DNA of 64,000 nucleotides from Burkholderiales bacterium (GTDB lineage Bacteria; Pseudomonadota; Gammaproteobacteria; Burkholderiales; SG8-39): NCBI GenBank assembly GCA_050741515.1, contig JBOIFD010000414.1, positions 14,599 to 78,598 of the forward strand, read 5' to 3'. Shown piece by piece: positions 61,233 to 64,000 of this stretch (position 1 is its first letter; each line of letters starts with the position of its first letter). The notes under the pieces were generated by a model. It saw only the letters and a program-made list of their open reading frames with translations, ran no database searches and was not told where the DNA came from. The position numbers and the translations under genes were made by a program.

Positions 61233-62281
61233 GTCACGGAATAGGGCAGGTCGCGAAAGTGCAGCTCGGCGCCGGACCTGGACCCCAGGTGGACCCGGTC
61301 GCCGGCGACGCTCGCCGTCTGCACCACGGCGAGGACGTCGAAGCCGCCGCCGGGAGCGGGCGCCGCGTTGACCACCGTGCCGGCCGTCTGGTCACCGAGG
61401 CTCGCGCTGTAGAGCGGCTGACTTGGCACCGGGATCCCTTCCGCCCGCACGTGGGCGAGATAGAGGCGCCGCTTGGGTCGCCCCAGGTGCTGCGTGCGCG
61501 CGACGATCTCCTGGCCAGGGTAGCAGCCCTTCCGGAAGCTCACGCCGCCGAGCAGTTCGAGGTTCGCCATCTGCGGGACGAACTGGTCCTGCGTGGCGCC
61601 GGTGATCCAGGGCCATCCGTTCGAGATCTCGAGCCAGTCCCAGCACGCCGCGCCGACCGGCCGCAAGGCGCTCGCCAGCTGGTCCCAGACCTGCGGGGCG
61701 GATGCGCTCGGGGCCGTGACGAGGAAGCGTTCCGCCGCGAGCGAGAGGATCGTAACCCGGCCGCGCCGCGCGGCGCGCACCGGCGCGCCGGGGGGCATTC
61801 CCACCAGGGCTGCCACGGCGTCAGCCGCTGCGGGACCGGAAGTGCCGAGGACGACGAGCTCGTCGGTGCGCGCCTCGATCGTCGCGCGCGAACGGAGCAC
61901 GTACAGCTGCAGCCGTTTCTGGATCCCGGGCACGACCGACCGTGGCAGCAGCATGTGGAACGCGTCCGGCTCGCGCCAGAGCAGGAAGTTCGCGAGCACG
62001 CGACCCTTCGGCGTGCAGTACGCGCCATAGGCGCCGGCTTCGTCGGCCAGCCCCGCCACGTCGCAGCTGAGCTGGCGGTGAAGGAAATCGCGCGCGTCCT
62101 CGCCCCTGAACGCGAGTATCCCGAACTGCGCGAGGGGTGCCAGCACGCTTCCGGACGCGGTTGCGGCGAGCTCACCGGGCGCGTCACCGAAGTCGCCCAC
62201 CACGCCGTCGGCGACAGCGCCGCCTCGCGTGGCCAGAAAAGCGAGAAAAGTATCGTTCACGGAATCGGCGCGCGGCAGCAC
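61229..62281 (-). CDS. ygfZ: Folate-binding Fe-S cluster repair / tRNA-modification protein YgfZ
   Basis: 350-aa ORF with a GTG start. It is GcvT-like and carries the YgfZ signature KGCYPGQEIVARTQHLG. Confidence 0.85.
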   Translation of the reverse strand: MLPRADSVNDTFLAFLATRGGAVADGVVGDFGDAPGELAATASGSVLAPLAQFGILAFRGEDARDFLHRQLSCDVAGLADEAGAYGAYCTPKGRVLANFLLWREPDAFHMLLPRSVVPGIQKRLQLYVLRSRATIEARTDELVVLGTSGPAAADAVAALVGMPPGAPVRAARRGRVTILSLAAERFLVTAPSASAPQVWDQLASALRPVGAACWDWLEISNGWPWITGATQDQFVPQMANLELLGGVSFRKGCYPGQEIVARTQHLGRPKRRLYLAHVRAEGIPVPSQPLYSASLGDQTAGTVVNAAPAPGGGFDVLAVVQTASVAGDRVHLGSRSGAELHFRDLPYSVT

Positions 62282-62304
62282 GGGGCAGGGGACCGTATCA
62301 TAGC

Positions 62305-62330
62305 GGTGGGGCGGCGACAGCCGCCCCGCC
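62305..62330 (+). promoter_or_regulatory. GC-rich hairpin immediately upstream of the mltG start codon
   Basis: GGGGCGGC (62308-62315), loop GACA, and GCCGCCCC (62320-62327) form a perfect 8-bp stem, extendable to about 11 bp with flanking G-C and G-U pairs. It ends 7-10 nt before the ATG at 62338. I see no obvious Shine-Dalgarno in between. Confidence 0.5.
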
Positions 62331-62337
62331 CACCCTG

Positions 62338-63339
62338 ATGTTCCGGACGCTCAAGGCCCTATTCCTGCTCGGAATCCTCGCGCTGCTCGCCGCCGGGAGC
62401 TGGCTCATGTGGTTCGCGCACACACCCCTTCAGCTGGGGGCGCCGGCGGTCGAATTCACGGTCCCCCCGGGGAGCTCGCTGCGCGCCGCCTCCCGGGCGA
62501 TCGCCCAAGCCGGGGTGAACATGCGACCTTGGGCGTTCGAGGTGCTCGGGCGAGTCACCGGCAATCCGGCCCATCTCAAGGCCGGCCAGTACGAGATCCC
62601 GGCGGGGATGACCCCCCTCGCGCTCCTCGGGAAGCTCGCCCGCGGCGAGGTCGCGCTGACCCAGATCGTGTTCATCGAGGGCTGGAGCTTCAGGCAGGTG
62701 CGGGAGACGCTGGACGCGCATCCCGGCGTGCGGCACGACACGCGAGGGCTGACCGATGCCGAGGTGATGCAGCGCCTCGACGCGCCGGGCGAGAACCCCG
62801 AGGGGCGGTTTTTCCCCGACACCTACCGCTTCGCGAAGGGGGCGAGCGATCTCGAGGTCTTGCGCAGCGCCCACCGCGCGATGGTGAAGCGGCTCGATGC
62901 GGCATGGGCGCAGCGACAGCCCGACCTGCCGCTCGGCTCGCCGTACGAGGCGTTGGTTCTCGCATCGATCGTGGAGAAGGAGACCGGGCGCGCCGAGGAG
63001 CGGGCCATGATCGCGGCGGTCCTGGTCAATCGGCTGCGCGTCGGCATCAAGCTCCAGACGGACCCGACCGTGATCTACGGGCTGGGGAGCGCGTTCGACG
63101 GCAACCTCCGCAAGCGCGATCTCGTCTCCGATACGCCGTACAACACCTACACGCGCGGTGGCCTGCCGCCCACGCCCATCGCGCTCCCCGGGCTGGCGTC
63201 CCTCGAGGCAGTGACGAACCCGGCGCGCACGGACGCGCTCTATTTCGTCGCGCGCGGCGACGGCACGAGCGAGTTCTCCCGGACGCTCGAGGAGCACAAT
63301 CGCGCCGTGACGAGATATCAGCTCGGCGGCCGCCGCTGA
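62338..63339 (+). CDS. mltG: Endolytic murein transglycosylase MltG (YceG)
   Basis: The ATG at 62338 gives MFRTLKALFLLGILALLAAGSWLMW, a membrane anchor. The YceG core is LASIVEKETGRAEERAMIAAVLVNRLRVGIKLQTDPTVIYG. Confidence 0.9.
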   Translation: MFRTLKALFLLGILALLAAGSWLMWFAHTPLQLGAPAVEFTVPPGSSLRAASRAIAQAGVNMRPWAFEVLGRVTGNPAHLKAGQYEIPAGMTPLALLGKLARGEVALTQIVFIEGWSFRQVRETLDAHPGVRHDTRGLTDAEVMQRLDAPGENPEGRFFPDTYRFAKGASDLEVLRSAHRAMVKRLDAAWAQRQPDLPLGSPYEALVLASIVEKETGRAEERAMIAAVLVNRLRVGIKLQTDPTVIYGLGSAFDGNLRKRDLVSDTPYNTYTRGGLPPTPIALPGLASLEAVTNPARTDALYFVARGDGTSEFSRTLEEHNRAVTRYQLGGRR

Positions 63340-63351
63340 GGGCTTCGGGAG

Positions 63352-63960
63352 ATGCCGGGAAAGCTCATTACCCTCGAGGGGATCGACGGTGCCGGCAAGA
63401 GCAGCCACGTGACCTGGATCGCCGGACGCCTGCGACGCCCCGGACGGGAGGTCGTGGTCACGCGCGAGCCCGGCGGCACGCCGCTGGGAGAGCGACTTCG
63501 CGACATCCTGCTGCGCGACGCGATGGACGCCGGAGCCGAGACCCTGCTCATGTTCGGCGCCCGGCAGGAGCACCTTGCCCGGGTGGTGAGACCCGCGCTG
63601 GCGCGCGGCGCGTGGGTCGTTTCGGATCGATTCACGGATGCCACCTTCGCGTACCAGGGCGGGGGACGCGGGTTTTCGCTCGACAAGCTTCGGATCCTCG
63701 AAGCCTGGGTCCAGGAAGGCCTGCAACCGGATCTCACGCTGTACTTCGACGTCCCCGTGAGCACCGGCCAGGCGCGCCTCAAGCGCGCCGCGGGGGCCCA
63801 GGATCGCTTCGAGCAGGAGGACGCGGCGTTCCACGAGCGGGTTCGGGCCGCCTACCTGGCCCGGGCGCGACAGTTCCCGGAACGGTTTCGCGTCATCGAT
63901 GCCACGAAGCGGCCTGAGGAAGTTCAAGTTTCGCTTGAAGCTATACTGTCAACACTATGA
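63352..63960 (+). CDS. tmk: dTMP kinase
   Basis: 202-aa ORF with the P-loop [13 protein letters not shown] and the motifs [13 protein letters not shown] and RFE. Confidence 0.93.
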   Translation: MPGKLITLEGIDGAGKSSHVTWIAGRLRRPGREVVVTREPGGTPLGERLRDILLRDAMDAGAETLLMFGARQEHLARVVRPALARGAWVVSDRFTDATFAYQGGGRGFSLDKLRILEAWVQEGLQPDLTLYFDVPVSTGQARLKRAAGAQDRFEQEDAAFHERVRAAYLARARQFPERFRVIDATKRPEEVQVSLEAILSTL

Positions 63961-64000
63961 ATAGTAATTTATTCACGTGGCTAAAGCCGACCTGGGGCCA
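63957..64000 (+). CDS. holB: Probable DNA polymerase III delta' subunit, 5' fragment only
   Basis: The ATG overlaps the tmk stop (ATGA). [14 protein letters not shown] resembles the (Y/F)PW...W start of HolB, and tmk-holB synteny is common. Only 14 codons are visible. Confidence 0.4.
   Translation, partial: MNSNLFTWLKPTWG

Overview
This is a high-GC window, roughly two-thirds to 70% G+C by eye (not computed), and it is densely coding. I call about 63 protein genes, mostly separated by gaps under 70 nt or by ATGA/GTGA/TGATG start-stop overlaps. I saw no rRNA, tRNA, CRISPR array, IS element or prophage.

Gene content and order look like a betaproteobacterial-type chromosomal core; that assignment is an inference from synteny only. 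The blocks, in order:
- a peptide-type ABC importer plus an amidase
- prmB-dapE-pilU-dapD-dapC
- smc-zipA-ligA-galU
- hpt-mtnP-def
- glnD-map
- rpsB-tsf-pyrH-frr-uppS-cdsA-dxr-rseP-bamA-skp-lpxD-fabZ-lpxA-lpxB-rnhB-trmH
- ppsR/ppsA
- smpB/ratA-rnfH
- guaB-guaA-tadA
- mtnA
- ygfZ/mltG-tmk-holB

The one block that is not ordinary housekeeping is a seven-gene, same-strand cassette at 39375-46086, directly downstream of the lipid A operon. It encodes:
- a FabL-like enoyl reductase
- a FabG-like ketoreductase
- an unusually long acyl carrier protein
- a double-hotdog dehydratase
- a ketosynthase, plus a second ketosynthase that lacks the catalytic Cys
- a single ORF fusing an AcpS-type phosphopantetheinyl transferase to an LpxL/HtrB-type acyltransferase

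I read this as a self-contained, dedicated acyl-chain factory with its own off-loading enzyme. The likely target is lipid A or another membrane lipid. It resembles, but does not match, the rhizobial acpXL-lpxXL module and the aryl-polyene KS/CLF clusters.

Secondary curiosities:
- an in-frame ~70-nt AT-rich island carrying a 9-bp inverted repeat in the middle of smc
- a similar island at the tmk/holB junction
- mtnA next to a fused class II aldolase-SDR, a possible fused DHAP-shunt step
- a lone pilU inside the dap operon

All calls come from reading the supplied ORF translations and the sequence by hand. No database search was run.
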